64,000 bases of DNA, from the NCBI RefSeq assembly GCF_009914755.1, contig NC_060926.1; one strand, 5' to 3'. Below the pieces are notes generated by a model, which had not been told where the DNA came from, ran no database searches, and saw nothing but the letters and a program-made list of their open reading frames with translations. Both the position numbers and the translations under genes were made by a program. The stretch comes from the human T2T-CHM13v2.0 reference genome, Homo sapiens. The first letter of the stretch is position 1. The number at the start of each line of letters is the position of its first letter. This document shows, one piece after another, positions 1 through 15,675 of the stretch.

Positions 1-357
1 GAGCATCGAGGAAAGAGGATAGCCAGGAAACTTGATTAAGATTAAAGGAGTAAGATACAGCCGGCAGGAAGAGGTAGGTAGATTCACTGAGGACATGTTC
101 AGGGATTTCTTTGAAGCCCAAACTCCCAACTGTAAAAGGAATTCCAGCCAGATGGAGAACAAATGGGAACATGTTTTGGGGTGAGTGAGCCACATGTTTT
201 GGTTTCAGGGGTGAAGGATTGATGAGTCCAAAAAACGTTTGTGTAAAAAGAGGAGAATGAATTAAGAAAAAGAAACGCTATTTTTTATTATGACTTATTA
301 GATACATATAATTATGGATCTGAAACTGAGGCAAATTAAAAATTCACCAACATATTG

Positions 358-895
358 ACATCCTCCCTTATCCGTGGGGATAAATTCCAAGAACCTCAGT
401 GGATTTCTGAAACCGCAGGTGGTGCCAAACCTGGTTGCTGCTAATGGAAACACGTTTCTGTTCATTTCTTCCACAAAGTTAATGCCTTTTCTATCTTATT
501 TATCACTCACTGTAGCCTTAACATTTGTAGCTAAGGTGTAACAGCAAAACTGGCACAAATTTGTTTTTCCTTCTTCACAATTTAATGGATAGAAGACTTA
601 TTCTTACTGTAGATCTTAGCATCCTCAGCATAGGATTTTTTTTCTTTCTTTCTTAAGTCCAGAACTTTCATCTTTTCACCTAAAGGAAGTAGTTTATACC
701 TTCTTTTTGGTGTATTCGAATGGCTAGCATCGTTACTCTTGCCATTTGGAGCCATTATTAAGTAAAAGAAGGGTTACTTGAACACAGCACTGGGTTGCTG
801 CAAGAGTCCATTTGATAACCGCGCCAGTTACTATTAATAAGTGACTGACTGGAGGGTAGTGTACACAGCTTTCCAAGTCACCAAGGACATGATTC
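358..895 (+). mobile_element. MER82-like TcMar-Tigger DNA transposon fossil
   Basis: Begins CCTCCCTTATCCGTGGGGATAAATTCCAAGAACCTCAGTGGATTTCTGAAACCGC, resembling the MER82 terminus as recalled; right end interrupted by a MIR. Boundaries approximate. Confidence 0.7.
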
Positions 896-901
896 CAGAG
901 G

Positions 902-1150
902 CAGTGTAGCCTAGCGACTATGGCTCTGTGGTCCTACTGCCTAGATTTGGATCCAGGCTCTTCGAGTTACACTGAGTGACTCTCAGGAGGTAATTTGACC
1001 TCTCTTTGCCTGACTTTCCTTATCACTAAAATGAAAATAATAGTTTCCACCTGCTAGGTTAGTTGTGGAGAGTAAATGAGCTATTAGATGCAATGAGCTT
1101 AGAACAGTGCTTGACACATGTGGTAAGTAAGTCCTCAGTGAATGTTAGTC
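902..1150 (+). mobile_element. MIR SINE
   Basis: MIR core-like ACCTCTCTTTGCCTGACTTTCCTTATCACTAAAATGAAAATAATAG and 3' part GCTTAGAACAGTGCTTGACACAT. Confidence 0.8.
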
Positions 1151-1199
1151 ATTGGTTTGAACATTTAAAGACCCACTAAGCTGGATACACTTCTTCTTG

Positions 1200-1304
1200 T
1201 TCTCCCTCGCTCCCTCCCTTCTTTCCTTCCTGCCTGCCTGCCTTCTTTCCTTCCTTCCTTCCTTCCTTCCTTCCTTCCTTCCTTCCACTTTCTTTCTTTC
1301 TGTC
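1200..1304. repeat. (TTCC)n/polypyrimidine simple repeat, probably grown from the adjacent Alu tail
   Basis: Visible TTCC/CCTG/TTTC runs abutting the 3' end of the minus-strand Alu. Confidence 0.9.
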
Positions 1305-1580
1305 TTTCGACAGGGCCTTGCTTAATTGCCTAGGCTGGAGTGCAGTGGCTCCATTTCGGCTCACTGAGGCCTCATACTCCTTGGTTTAAGCAATCCTCCC
1401 CCCTCAGCCTCTCAAGTAGCTGGGATCACAGTCATGTGCCACCATGCCTGGCTAATTTTTTGATTTTTTTTTTTTTGGTAGAGATGGAGTCTCACTATGT
1501 TGCTCCTGGGCTCGAGCGATCCTCCGGCCTCAGCCTCCCAAAATGCTGGGATTACAGGTGTGAGCCACAGGGCCTAGCCA
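1305..1580 (-). mobile_element. AluJ-type SINE with small internal deletion
   Basis: GGCTGGAGTGCAGTGG, CCTCAGCCTC..GTAGCTGGGA, GAGTCTCACTATGTTGC and CCCAAAATGCTGGGATTACAGGTGTGAGCCAC; the CAGGCTGGTCTCGAA segment is missing at ~1504. Confidence 0.9.
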
Positions 1581-1831
1581 CCTTTCCTTTTGATATCTTA
1601 ATTTATTTGGTTCTTTTTTCTTTAATTATACTTTAAGTTTTAGGGTACATGTGTACAACATGCAGGTTAGTTACATATGTATACATGTGCCATGTTGGTA
1701 TGCTGCAACCATTAACTCGTCATTTAGCATTAGGTATATCTCCTAATGCTATCCCTCCCCCATCACCGCCCCCCCCACAACAGTCCCCGGTGTGTGATGT
1801 TCACCCTCCTGTATCCACGTGTTCTCATTGT

Positions 1832-5617
<3,786 letters not shown>

Positions 5618-5680
5618 TATGATGTTAGCTGGTCATTTTGCTTGTTAGTTGATGCAGTGTCTTCCTAGCCTCGATGGTCT

Positions 5681-6681
5681 TTACAATTTGGCATGTTTTT
5701 ACAGTGGCTGGTATTGGTTGTTCCTTTCCATGTTTAGTGCTTCCTTCAGAAGCTCTTTTAGGGCAGGTCTGGTGGTGACAAAATCTCTCAGCATTTGCTT
5801 GTCTGTAAAGTATTTTATTTCTCCTTCACTTATGAAGCTTAGTTTGGCTGGATATGAAATTCTGGGTTGAAAATTCTTTTCTTTAAGAATGTTGAATATT
5901 GGCCCTCACTCTCTTCTGACTTGTAGAGTTTCTGCTGCGAAATCCGCTGTTAGTCTGATGGGCTTCCCTTTGTGGGTAACCCGACCTTTCTCTCTGGCTG
6001 CCCTTAACATTTTTTCCTTCATTTCAAGACAATTATGTGTCTTGGAGTTGCTCTTCTCGAGGAGTATCTTTGTGGCGTTCTCTGTATTTCCTGAATCTGA
6101 ATGTTGGCGTGCCTTGCTAGATTGGGGAATTTCTCCTGGATAATATCCTGCAGAGTGTTTTCCAACTTGGTTCCATTCTCCCTGTCACTTTCAGGTACAC
6201 CAATCAGACGTAGATTTGGTCTTTTCACATAGTCCCATATTTCTTGGAGGCTTTGTTCATTTCTTTTTATTCTTTTTTCTCTAAACTTCTCTTTTCACTT
6301 CATTTCATTCATTTGATCTTCCATCACTGATACTCTTTCTTCCAGTTGATCGATTCGGCTACTGAGGCTTGTGCATTAGTCACGTAGTTCTCGTGCCTTG
6401 GTTTTCAGCTCCATCAGGTCCTTTAAGGAATTCTCTGCATTGGTTATTCTAGTTAGCCATTCATCTAATTTTTTTTCAAGGTTTTTAACTTCTTTGCCAT
6501 GGGTTAGGACTTCCTCCTTTAGCTCGGAGTAGTTCGATTGTCTGAAGCCTTCTCTCAACTCGTCATAGTCATTCTCTGTCTAGCTTTGTTCCGTTGCTGG
6601 TGAGGAGCTGTGTTCCTTTGGAGGAGGAGAGGTGCTCTGATTTTTAGAGTTTCCAGTTTTTCTGCTCTTTTTTTTCCCCAT
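5681..6681 (-). pseudogene. L1 ORF1p, disrupted
   Basis: MGKKKSRKTGNSKNQS start at 6681, premature TAG at 6580-6582; later fragments KRPNLRLIGVPE and RRATPRHII; small frameshifting deletion near 6027. Confidence 0.93.
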
Positions 6682-7256
6682 CTTTGTGGTTTTATCTACC
6701 TTTGGTCTTTGATGATGGTGACGTACAGATGGGGTTTTGGTGTGGATGTCCTTTCTGTTTGTTAGTTTTCCTTCCAACAGTCAGGAGCCTCAGCTGCAGG
6801 TCTGTTGGAGTTTGCTGGAGGTCCACTCCTGACCCTGTTTGCCTGGGTATCAGCAGCGGAGGCTGCAGAACAGAGGATTTTGGTGAACAGCAAATGTTGC
6901 TGCCTGATTGTTCCTCTGGAAGTTTTGTCTCAGAGGAGTACCCAGCCGTGTGAGGTGTCAGTCTGCCCCTACTGGGGGGTGCCTCCGAGTTAGGCTACTC
7001 GGAGGCCAGGGACCCACTTGAGGAGGCAGTCTGTCCCTTCTCAGATCTCCAGCTGCGTGCTGAAAGAACCACTGCTCTCCTCAAAGCTGTCAGACGGGGA
7101 CATTTAAGTCTGCAGAGGATTCTGCTGCCTTTTGTTTGGCTGTGCCCTGCCCCCAGAAGTGGAGTCTACAGAGGCAGGCAGGCCTCCTTGAGCTGCGGTG
7201 GGCTCCACCCAGTTTCAGCTTCCCAGCAGCTCTGTTTACCTACTCAAGCCTCGGCA

Positions 7257-7397
7257 ATGGCGGGCACCCCTCCCCCAGCCTTGCTGCCGCCTTGCAGTTT
7301 GATCTCAGACTGCTGTGCTAGCAATGAGCGATGCTCCATGGGCATAGGACCCTCTGAGCCAGGCACGGTTGTAATCGCCTGGTGTGCCGTTTGCTAA
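7257..7397 (+). pseudogene. L1 antisense ORF0 homolog, frameshifted/truncated (46 codons)
   Basis: MAGTPPPALLPPCSLISDCCASNE..GPSEPG matches the ORF0 N-terminus; the frame diverges after EPG and stops at 7397. Confidence 0.8.
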
Positions 7398-8334
7398 GAG
7401 CATTGGAAAAGCGCAGTATTAGGGTGGGAGTGACCGGATTTTCCAGGTGCCATCTGTCACCCCTTTCTTTGACTAGGAAAGGGAATTCCCTGACCCCTTG
7501 CACTTCCCAGGGGAGGTGATGCCTCGCCCTGCCCTAGCTCACGCTGGGTGCACTGCACCCACTGTCCTGCACCCACTTTCCGACACTCCCCAGTGAGATG
7601 AACCTGGTACCTCAGTTGGAAATGCAGAAATCACCCATCTTCTGTGTCGCTCATGCTGGGAGCTGTAGACTGGAGCTGTTCCTATTAGGCCATCTTGGCT
7701 CCACCCCCCAATTTATTTGGTTCTTAATGACCTTTTTTTTTTTTAAGAGTCACTTCTCAAAATATGAATAGTCTGTTAATTATTTATATTTCAGTGGACC
7801 CACCGCAAAGCTGCTATCAATTAATAAATACTACAGCAGGATTTAATTTGTTCTCATACTTACTCAATGGGATACCACTTTGGGGGAAGAGCAAGAAGTG
7901 ATGAGCCAGTGGGAAGCATCCTAGGACAAACCTAACCCACCCTTTTCTACTTTATACTAAACAGTCCACCAATTATAGTTTTGCTAATTGCAAGGAAAAT
8001 GTTAAGCCTATAATGTGTCAATGCAAAGCACTAAAGAAAGTACGTGCTAATACAATTCTGTGAGATAAAGTAGAAGGCTGTGATACATTTTCTGGCTCCT
8101 TGCCTTAACCATGGGAAGAAAAAAGTGTCTTATTTGAAGGCAGTCATGAAAGGGGAGGAACTCATGAAAGAGTCTCGTAGGTTGATTGTGAAAAAGACGA
8201 TGTAGAGGAATTCCAGAGTCTCTGTTTTAGTTGCATGCTGTGGAAAGCCAAGTTAGCGTAGAGCTGAGGATGAAGCCCAAACAACCACATGCTTGAGGCA
8301 TCAAAGGACAGAAACAGGAAAGGAAGGACAGGCA

Positions 8335-8388
8335 GACACACACACACAGAGACACAGACACACACACACAGACACACACACACACACT
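8335..8388. repeat. Interrupted (CA)n microsatellite
   Basis: CACACACACAGAGACACAGACACACACACAGACACAC... seen directly. Confidence 0.9.
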
Positions 8389-8604
8389 CAAAGGAATTAT
8401 TTTAAAGCAGTAAACATATCTTTTACTGAAATACCAAATTTCATTTTATGGGCATTTTTTGTTTTTGAGTTACATATGTCAGAGAAGGGTACTCTCATCC
8501 TCTCAATGTTTGAGTTTGTTTCTGTGTTGATCCAATCCTAACTGCAGGATTTGTTCAGTGAACCAAGACATGTATCTTTAAAGCCAAAGGTGGTTTCACT
8601 AAAA

Positions 8605-9043
8605 CAGTGATTCTCAAACTTTTTGATCTCATATCCTTATACAACTTTTTTAAATTATTGAGAATTTTCATTTTGTTATTATACCCATTGATATTTACCA
8701 TATTAGAAACTGGAACTGAGAAAAAACTACTTATTCACTTATCTAAATCCCATTTTACATTTTGATAATTTTTTTTGTGAAAACATTTTTCAAAACAAAA
8801 AAATAATGAGAACAGTGGCAAAATGTTCAGCTGAATAGATGACAGATTCTCATATCTGTTTCTGGATTTGTTTTTTTGTATCATGTAGTCTCTGGAAAAC
8901 TCTTATGTACTATAATGAGAGAACAGAAACGAAAATGGAAAGAACACTTTAGTATTTTGGGGAAAATAGTTTTGAATTCATAGACTTCCTGAGAATGTCT
9001 CAGGAATACCCCAGGAATCTCCATACCACACTTGGAGAACTAC
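8605..9043. mobile_element. hAT-Charlie-type non-autonomous DNA transposon fossil
   Basis: Terminal inverted-repeat-like ends CAGTGATTCTCAAA ... TTGGAGAACTACT with AT-rich interior; exact family not certain. Confidence 0.65.
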
Positions 9044-9139
9044 TATCCCAAGACAAAGTCGTATGCTTGGTCGAGACTGAGTGGCCTGATTTAATTGTTG
9101 CTGTTGTTATTGCATCACTATAGGTTATTGGTTTTAAAA

Positions 9140-9820
9140 AGCCCATCTCTTCACACTCTGAATTTGGAATATGTCTTATATTGATAGTGACTTACAACAG
9201 CTGTTGGCCCCGTGGCAGTTGTGATGTAGTTATTACCTGCACAAGCATGAATTTGGTCATAGCTATTCACGGCATCAGTATTTTTATTGAATTATTTGCA
9301 TTGTTGTTATGTGTTGAGAGTTTAGTTGTCATTTAAAGTCTCTTTCTTTCAGAATTTATAGTATAACATAGTTCTGAGATGAGAAGTTACTGTAGATGCA
9401 GAAAGGCAAGCAGAGAGCAGTGGGGCATATATCTGACATTAGGAAAGCGATTTTGGGAGAAGGAATAGGATTCTATATTTTCTTGCATAAGAACAACAAC
9501 GTACTTCATGGTATCAAAAAAGGTACTAAATCCACACGCATCTATGGCTGAATTGTGTGTTGTTAGTGAGAAATGTGCAAAATGATTGCCTTTCATGTGC
9601 CAAACCACACACCTGAAGACACAAAAACTTGCCAAATCTCTTGGTATCGAGGAAAGATGCTGCACAGCAATGAGAGGATGATGTGACCAATTTACGTGTC
9701 ATGCAGGATTATCATTAAGGTAGGGTGTCATTACTTAATTGGCAGCCTTTTTCCTTTCTTAGAGGTCCATTAAATAATTCATGTCTTTCCATTGATGACA
9801 TCTTAGATTGAGTACAATAG
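9140..9820. mobile_element. TcMar-Tc2 (Kanga/MER104-like) DNA transposon fossil
   Basis: Right end ATTGATGACATCTTAGATTGAGTACAATA resembles the MER104/Kanga terminus; ~9665-9720 resembles a decayed CENP-B-type HTH coding segment. Confidence 0.55.
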
Positions 9821-9842
9821 TCATAACAATATTTTTGACTGG

Positions 9843-10303
9843 TGTACTTGTTTCCTAGACTTGTGATCACAGGTTACCACAAACCAGGTGGCTTAACACA
9901 ACAGAAATTTATTCTCTCACAGTTTTGGGGACTAGAAGCCTGAACTCAAGGTGTCAGCAGAGTCATGCACCTTCTAAGACTGGTGGAATCCCTCCTTTCC
10001 TCCTTCTAGTTTCTGATGGTGGCGTAATTCCTTGGTGTTTCTTGGCATGCAGGTGTATCATCCCAGTCTTTGCTTCTGTCATCACAGGATGGTCTCCTTG
10101 TGTACCTCTGTCTTCACATGGTGTTTTTCCCTTTTTGTAGGGACACCAGTGATATTGGATTAAGGACTCACCCAACTCCAATATGACCTCATCTTAACTA
10201 ATTACAACTATAAAAACTCTATTTCCAAAAACGTCACATTCTGGGGTACTGGGGGTTAGGACTTCAACATGTCTTTTGGGAGGCTATAATTCAACCCATA
10301 ACA
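9843..10303 (-). mobile_element. MLT1 (MLT1B/C-like) MaLR solo LTR
   Basis: GGTGGCTTAACACAACAGAAATTTATTCTCTCACAGTT ... ATATGACCTCATCTTAACTAATTACA ... ATTCAACCCATAACA. Confidence 0.85.
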
Positions 10304-10332
10304 ACAGATAAGGAACATAGTATTTCTATGTC

Positions 10333-10759
10333 TGTGGCAGAGAAAATTCTATGGGTTTCCAAATTCTGTTTTGTATTCCTCCCTCCTGGGCACAATAAAA
10401 ATTTTATTTTCCAGTTCCCTTGCAGTAAAGCAAGAGTGTGTGATTAATTATGGGCAATGAAATTTGAGAATAAGTGGCATGTGTCACTTCTGGGCTGAGG
10501 CAGTAAAAAGCTGCTGTGTGACTTTTCAGTTTCTTGATTTTCCTCAGGTAGTGAGTGTAAGAGCAATGTGTTGAGATAGCAAACCCACAAGATCACAGCA
10601 GCCTGGATCTCTGAGTTACTATATGGATGATGAAGCACTACACTGTTGAGTCTGACCTAAAGCAATCTTTATATTGTGAGAAATTTGTGTGTGTTAAACC
10701 ACTGAGATTTTGGAGTCATATGTCACAGAAGCATAATCTAGTCTATCCTGATTAACACA
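10333..10759 (+). mobile_element. Old MLT1 (MLT1I/J-like) MaLR LTR
   Basis: TGTGGCAGA start, GTGTCACTTCTGGGCTGAGGCA, GTGTTAAACCACTGAGATTTTGG, end CTATCCTGATTAACACA. Confidence 0.75.
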
Positions 10760-10859
10760 TGAAGATGCACCAAGAGGTAGAGGATGGCATGAAGTGATGA
10801 ATTTCCAATTAACTTTCTGTAGCCATATCTATGAATTCTTTCTAAGGGTGAAATACTTC

Positions 10860-11920
10860 TTTTAACATTCAAAAATCAATCAATGTTACACACCACATCA
10901 ATAGAATAAAGGACAAAAACCACATGATTATCTCAATAGATGCAGAAAAAAAAATTGACAACATCCAACACTTTATTATGATGAAAACACTGAACAAACG
11001 AAGGCAAGTCAACTTCCTCAACCTAATAAAGGGCATCTACAAAAAAATCCATCACTATGATCATATATAATGGTGATTTCCTCCTAAGATTAAGAACAAT
11101 ATGAGAATGTCCACTCTCTCATCAGTTTCGTTCAACATTTGTACTGGAGGTTCGCTAGCCAGAGCAATTAAGCAAGAAAACAAGATAAAGGCATCCAGAC
11201 AGGAAGGGAAAAAGTAAAATTATTTTTATTCACATATGATATGGTCTTATGTATAAAAAAATTTTAAGGAACTCACACAAAATGATTAAATCTAATATAA
11301 ATGAATTCAGCAAAGTTGCAAGGTACAAGCTCAATATATGAAATCAATTTTATTTATATGTACTAGCAATGAACAAGCCCAAGTGAAGTTAAGAAAACAA
11401 TTCAATTTATAATAGAATTAAAAGAATAAAATGCTTGGGAATACATTTAAAAAGTATAAGATGTATACACTGAAAACAATAAAACATTATTGAAAGATAT
11501 TAAAGAAGATCTAAATAAATGGAAAGATATTCCATGTTCATAGATTGGAAGTCGGTATTGGGTTTTTTTGTTTGTTTGTTTGTTTTTTGCTTTCTTAACT
11601 TGTATTTTAGGTTCAGGGGTACATGTGAAAGTTTGTTACATAGGTAAATTCATGTCACGGGGTTTGTTATACAGATTATTTCATTACCCATGAATTACGC
11701 CCAGTGCCCAATAGTTATCTTTTCTGCTCCTGATAATATTGCTGAGGTGATAATACTCTCCCAAATTGATCTACAGATTCACACAATTCCTATTAAATTC
11801 CAGCTACCTTTTTTTTTTGGTAAAAGTTGATAACTCATGTTAAAATACCTATGGAAATTCAAGGAACCCAGAACACCTAGAACAACCCTGAAAAACAGCA
11901 AAGTTGGAGGGCTCACTCAT
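10860..11920 (+). mobile_element. Old L1M ORF2 (RT region) fragment, interrupted at 11561-11731
   Basis: CACATGATTATCTCAATAGATGCAGAAAAA, AGCAAAGTTGCAAGGTACAAG and AAATGGAAAGATATTCCATGTTCATAGATTGGAAG are diverged L1 ORF2 sequence. Confidence 0.85.
11561..11731 (-). mobile_element. Severely 5'-truncated older L1PA (about PA13-16) 3' end nested in the L1M
   Basis: (TTTG)n tail then TTTTAGGTTCAGGGGTACATGTG..GTTTGTTACATAGGTAAA..CCCAATAGTTAT; host L1M resumes at AATATTG. Confidence 0.8.
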
Positions 11921-12009
11921 CAGAATAAAATTAACAGGCTCACACATACTGTTTTTTAGAAAAGCAACATCTTTATTTTAAACATAAAATTAATATATTC
12001 TTACTTGTA

Positions 12010-12370
12010 CTAGTAAGGATAGGCAAGGTCATTCTTCATGAACAAACTCTCCAAATCTTAAAAGTTTAGAATAATAAGAGTTAATTTTTTGCTCTAATTA
12101 AGTGTCCACTGGGGATTGGCTGAGAGCTCCGATCCACATCTCATTTCCGAATCTAGGCTGATGGAGCAGCCGCTATCTCAAACTTGAGCCACCATCTCAA
12201 GGGTCTGTGTCAAAAGAAAAGAGCTCAGGAGGATCCTGCACCAGCAATTAAACATTCCAGCCTGGAAGTGACACATGCCATTTTTGCTCATAACTCTTTA
12301 GACAGAACCAATCACATGGTGCCACCCAACCACAAGGGGTCCTGGTATAATTCTTTCATGGGCTCACATA
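12010..12370 (-). mobile_element. Old MLT1 (MLT1K/L-like) LTR
   Basis: CTAGGCTGATGGAGCAGCC, CCTGGAAGTGACACATG and AATCACATGGTGCCACCCAACCACAAGGGG motifs. Confidence 0.65.
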
Positions 12371-13839
12371 ACAAGTAAATGCAACTCTGTAGTAAAGAGA
12401 TAGATTATCTGTTGTAAGAAAATCAAATGATACAAAACCATTTCACTCAGTAATACCCCAGAGATGATCACCGTTAACAAGGTAGCATATATTTTCTAGA
12501 CTCTTATAGGAATATACATATCCACACATACACAATTTAATTTAAAAATCACACTAGAAATGTCATTCTAAAATCTGTTCCTTCCTGGGCCCCCAGTCAT
12601 ATAACAATCACATTTCTCCATGAAAAGACATATAATTTTACCTCATATCTTTTAGCTGCTACAGGCTAGGATGGACTGTGATTTACTTCATTCACTCTGT
12701 ATAGAGTAATATTTAGTTTCTTTCTAGATTTTGATATTATTAAACACTTTGTAATCAATACTTTTGCACCTGTATCTTAGCTAACAGTAAATGTTTATGA
12801 CTGACTGAATAAAGATGTCAACAAATGAATGAATGAAAACCAATCACCAGTGATTTAAGACTCCAAACACATGGCGAGAGAAGTAAAAAATGCATTATTC
12901 CAACCTTTTTCATGTTGTTTAGCATGCTTCAGAATGGCAATAAAGGCAGAGGAATTCTTACCTACGTTAATGTAGCAGGTCATTCACATTAGCATTTCTA
13001 GAGTTTGTTAAACCCCTGGATTCCTGTTCAAGTAAAACATTTGTTTTGATTATAAAACTTAATATCCACTCTGAGAGCCTGTGGAAATAGAAGGTAGATG
13101 GCAATGTTACTGCCGTAAGTCTGAAGCTCCTGAGACATGAACAAGATGGTAATGTGACTCCTCATTTATTTTTTATCTTCAGTTTCAATTTTTTTAATCA
13201 TCATGTATCTAGAATGACTAGTGATTTTAAATGAGAAATTGGAATCTAAAGATAATCAGAGTTTTAGCAGTTTAAACCAATCACCAGTGCACCAGCTTGA
13301 AAAGCTTTGTGACTTTGACTGTGAAGGCATTTACAGTCCCAGGAGGAAAGTGGCTTTGGCAGCTCTCAGTTTTGATGGGTTAAGTAGTTTGTAGTTGGTT
13401 TTGGAGGGGGTGTTACTGTGGAAGATAAATGAATTCCTCAGTTTATGAACTTACTCCCCAGGCTGCTCAACTCAGCTAAGCTCTCATGGCAACTGCTCGA
13501 TGGGGTTCTCACTGTGAGACAGTCAGCACCACGCTTGAAGCCCTGCAGGAAAAACAAACCCCACTGAATCAACCAAAATATTGGAGAGAACTTCAGTAGT
13601 TTCAGTAAATCCTAAATCAGAGAAGAAGATGGTGTGTGTGTGTATGTGCTTATCGTACATCCTTATTCACATGAGCTTTATAAGGACTCATCATAAAAGA
13701 TGACTGAAAGCAACCAGAAAAACATTCTTCTTAGGCTGATCTATTTCATTTTCAATTCAAGCTGTATACAGTATGCAAAGCATATTTTAAAGATATGTTT
13801 AATTTTGCCAATTGTATTTGAGTAGTTATTTTCTTAGTC

Positions 13840-13882
13840 TGTGTGTGTGTGTGTGTGTATGTGTGATGAGAGAGAGAGAGAG
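13840..13882. repeat. (TG)n-(GA)n compound microsatellite
   Basis: Seen directly. Confidence 0.9.
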
Positions 13883-13972
13883 ATTTGGCCAAGGAGATAA
13901 TAAGGGAGAAGGTAAATAATATGAGGAATTATAGCAAATTATTACGTCTGATTTGGGAATATAGAACAGGAA

Positions 13973-14376
13973 TGTATCAATTAACTAGCAATGCACTACA
14001 AAATGCCATAGACTGGGCTTATTTCTTACAGTCCTAGAGATAGAGAATTTTAAGATCAAGGTTCCAGCAAAGTGGGCTTCATTCTGAGGCTTCTTCTCGT
14101 GGCTTGTAGGCAGCCACCAACTGAATGTGTGCTCACATGACTTCTTTGTATGAGCACACGGAGAGAAAGGTGGAGAGAGGCGTGGGGAGGAGCAGGCAGC
14201 ACATTAGCTCTCCAGTGTCCTTTCTTATAAGGGCACTAATCCCATCATGAGTGCTCCTCTCATTATTTCATCTAATCCCAATGATCTCCCCAAATCCCAT
14301 CTTCAAACACTGTCACACTGGGGTTTAGGGTTTCAACCAATGAATTTAGGGATGCACAAACATTCATTCCATAATA
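13973..14376 (-). mobile_element. MLT1A-like MaLR solo LTR
   Basis: AAGATCAAGGTTCCAGCA, CTTATAAGGGCACTAATCCCATCATGAG and end ACAAACATTCATTCCATAA. Confidence 0.85.
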
Positions 14377-15363
14377 AGAGGTGTTAAATTCTTTGCTCAC
14401 TAATCAGTCCCCAAAAAGTTCCTAGGAAATTGAAGTTTAAAACATTTCTATTTTGGATAATCTCCAGGTTTAAAAATCTCCACTCTGAAAATGATGTCTA
14501 CACAAACATTCATTGTTGCCCCTCCATCTTACACAGGGTTGAACGTCTTCACCTTCATTCCCACCCTCATCTCTTACATCAAATCCTTGTGAATTTTTTA
14601 AAATGATAGAGTCAGATAAAGATTAAAGACAGAAACAGGGTAAAGCAAATTTGAGAAACTGTTTCCAGGAGCCAACCCCTGGATATTCCCCTGTTTGCCA
14701 ATTTCCTACTGCTACTACCCAAACCTTTAATTTGACTTCACTTTCTTATCTGAAATTTGACAATTAAAGATGCATTTAAGCTAACAAGCATTAACATTTA
14801 AAAAATGCAAATGTGTATGTGTGTGTTTGTGTGTGTTTTGAGGAGAATGCCATGTTAATAGACTATTAATTTTTTTGACAATAGTGGGATATTGGTGAAT
14901 CCAAGTCCTTTTCTTTCTAGCGGATGGTTGAAGCTAACTGCACTGAGATCACAGAAGTTGTATGAAGGGGAAGAGACGGAGTATGGAGAAGTGGATGTGG
15001 GGAGAGGTCAGAATGGTGCACCAATGCATTCACCCCAGTACATACAGCAACTCAAAAGGCTCATGTCCCATATAATGGACACTGTATAAATATTTGTTGG
15101 ATGAGTAAAATGAAGAAAGACTATTGAAGTGTCTGCGGAAAATACTAAAATTTGGGTGTTGGGTCTTATAAAAGGATGCTGACATGGTATAACAACTTCT
15201 TTTCACCTTTGCCAAGATTTCCTGAGTGTAACTCCTTGTTTATCTTTCTTTTGATTTTGTATCAGTACATCCTGAGCTTGATCTTGGGGGTTATCCAACA
15301 TGTTATTATTACTTAGATAAACTGTTCACTCTCTGTAACTTGCACCTGAAAATGAACAAGGCC

Positions 15364-15654
15364 ATTGAGAAAACCCAATGCTGAAAAGCTCCTTAAGCTG
15401 ATAAACAACTTCAGCAATCTCAGGATACAAAAGCAATGTATAAAATCACTAGTATTCCTATACACCGACAACAACCAAGCTGCAAGCCAAATCAGGAATG
15501 CAATCCCATTCACAATTGCCACAAAAAGAATAAAATACCTAGGAATACAGCTAACCAGGAAAGTGAAAGATCTCTACAGGGAGAATTAAAAAACACTGTT
15601 CAAAGAAGTCAGAGATGACACAAACAAATGGAAAAACTTAACATGCTCATGGAT
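15364..15654 (+). repeat. Inverted duplicate of L1 segment 16408-16705
   Basis: 15384-15654 is the reverse complement of 16408-16678 with 7 mismatches in 271 bp by manual alignment; 15364-15376 matches the reverse complement of 16693-16705. Confidence 0.95.
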
Positions 15655-15675
15655 TAGCCTCTTGCAGAAAAGGGA

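Noticed and set aside
1176-1364. ORF with RKEG repeats
   Set aside because: Translation of the (TTCC)n microsatellite.
11561-11731. Possibility that this L1PA 3' tail is the displaced missing end of the L1 at 15676-21540
   Set aside because: It is nested in an older L1M that resumes on both sides, with older elements in the intervening 4 kb; an independent short insertion is simpler.
13523-13533. TCAGCACCACG resembling an RE1/NRSE (REST) site
   Set aside because: Only the left half matches; the GGACAG right half is absent.
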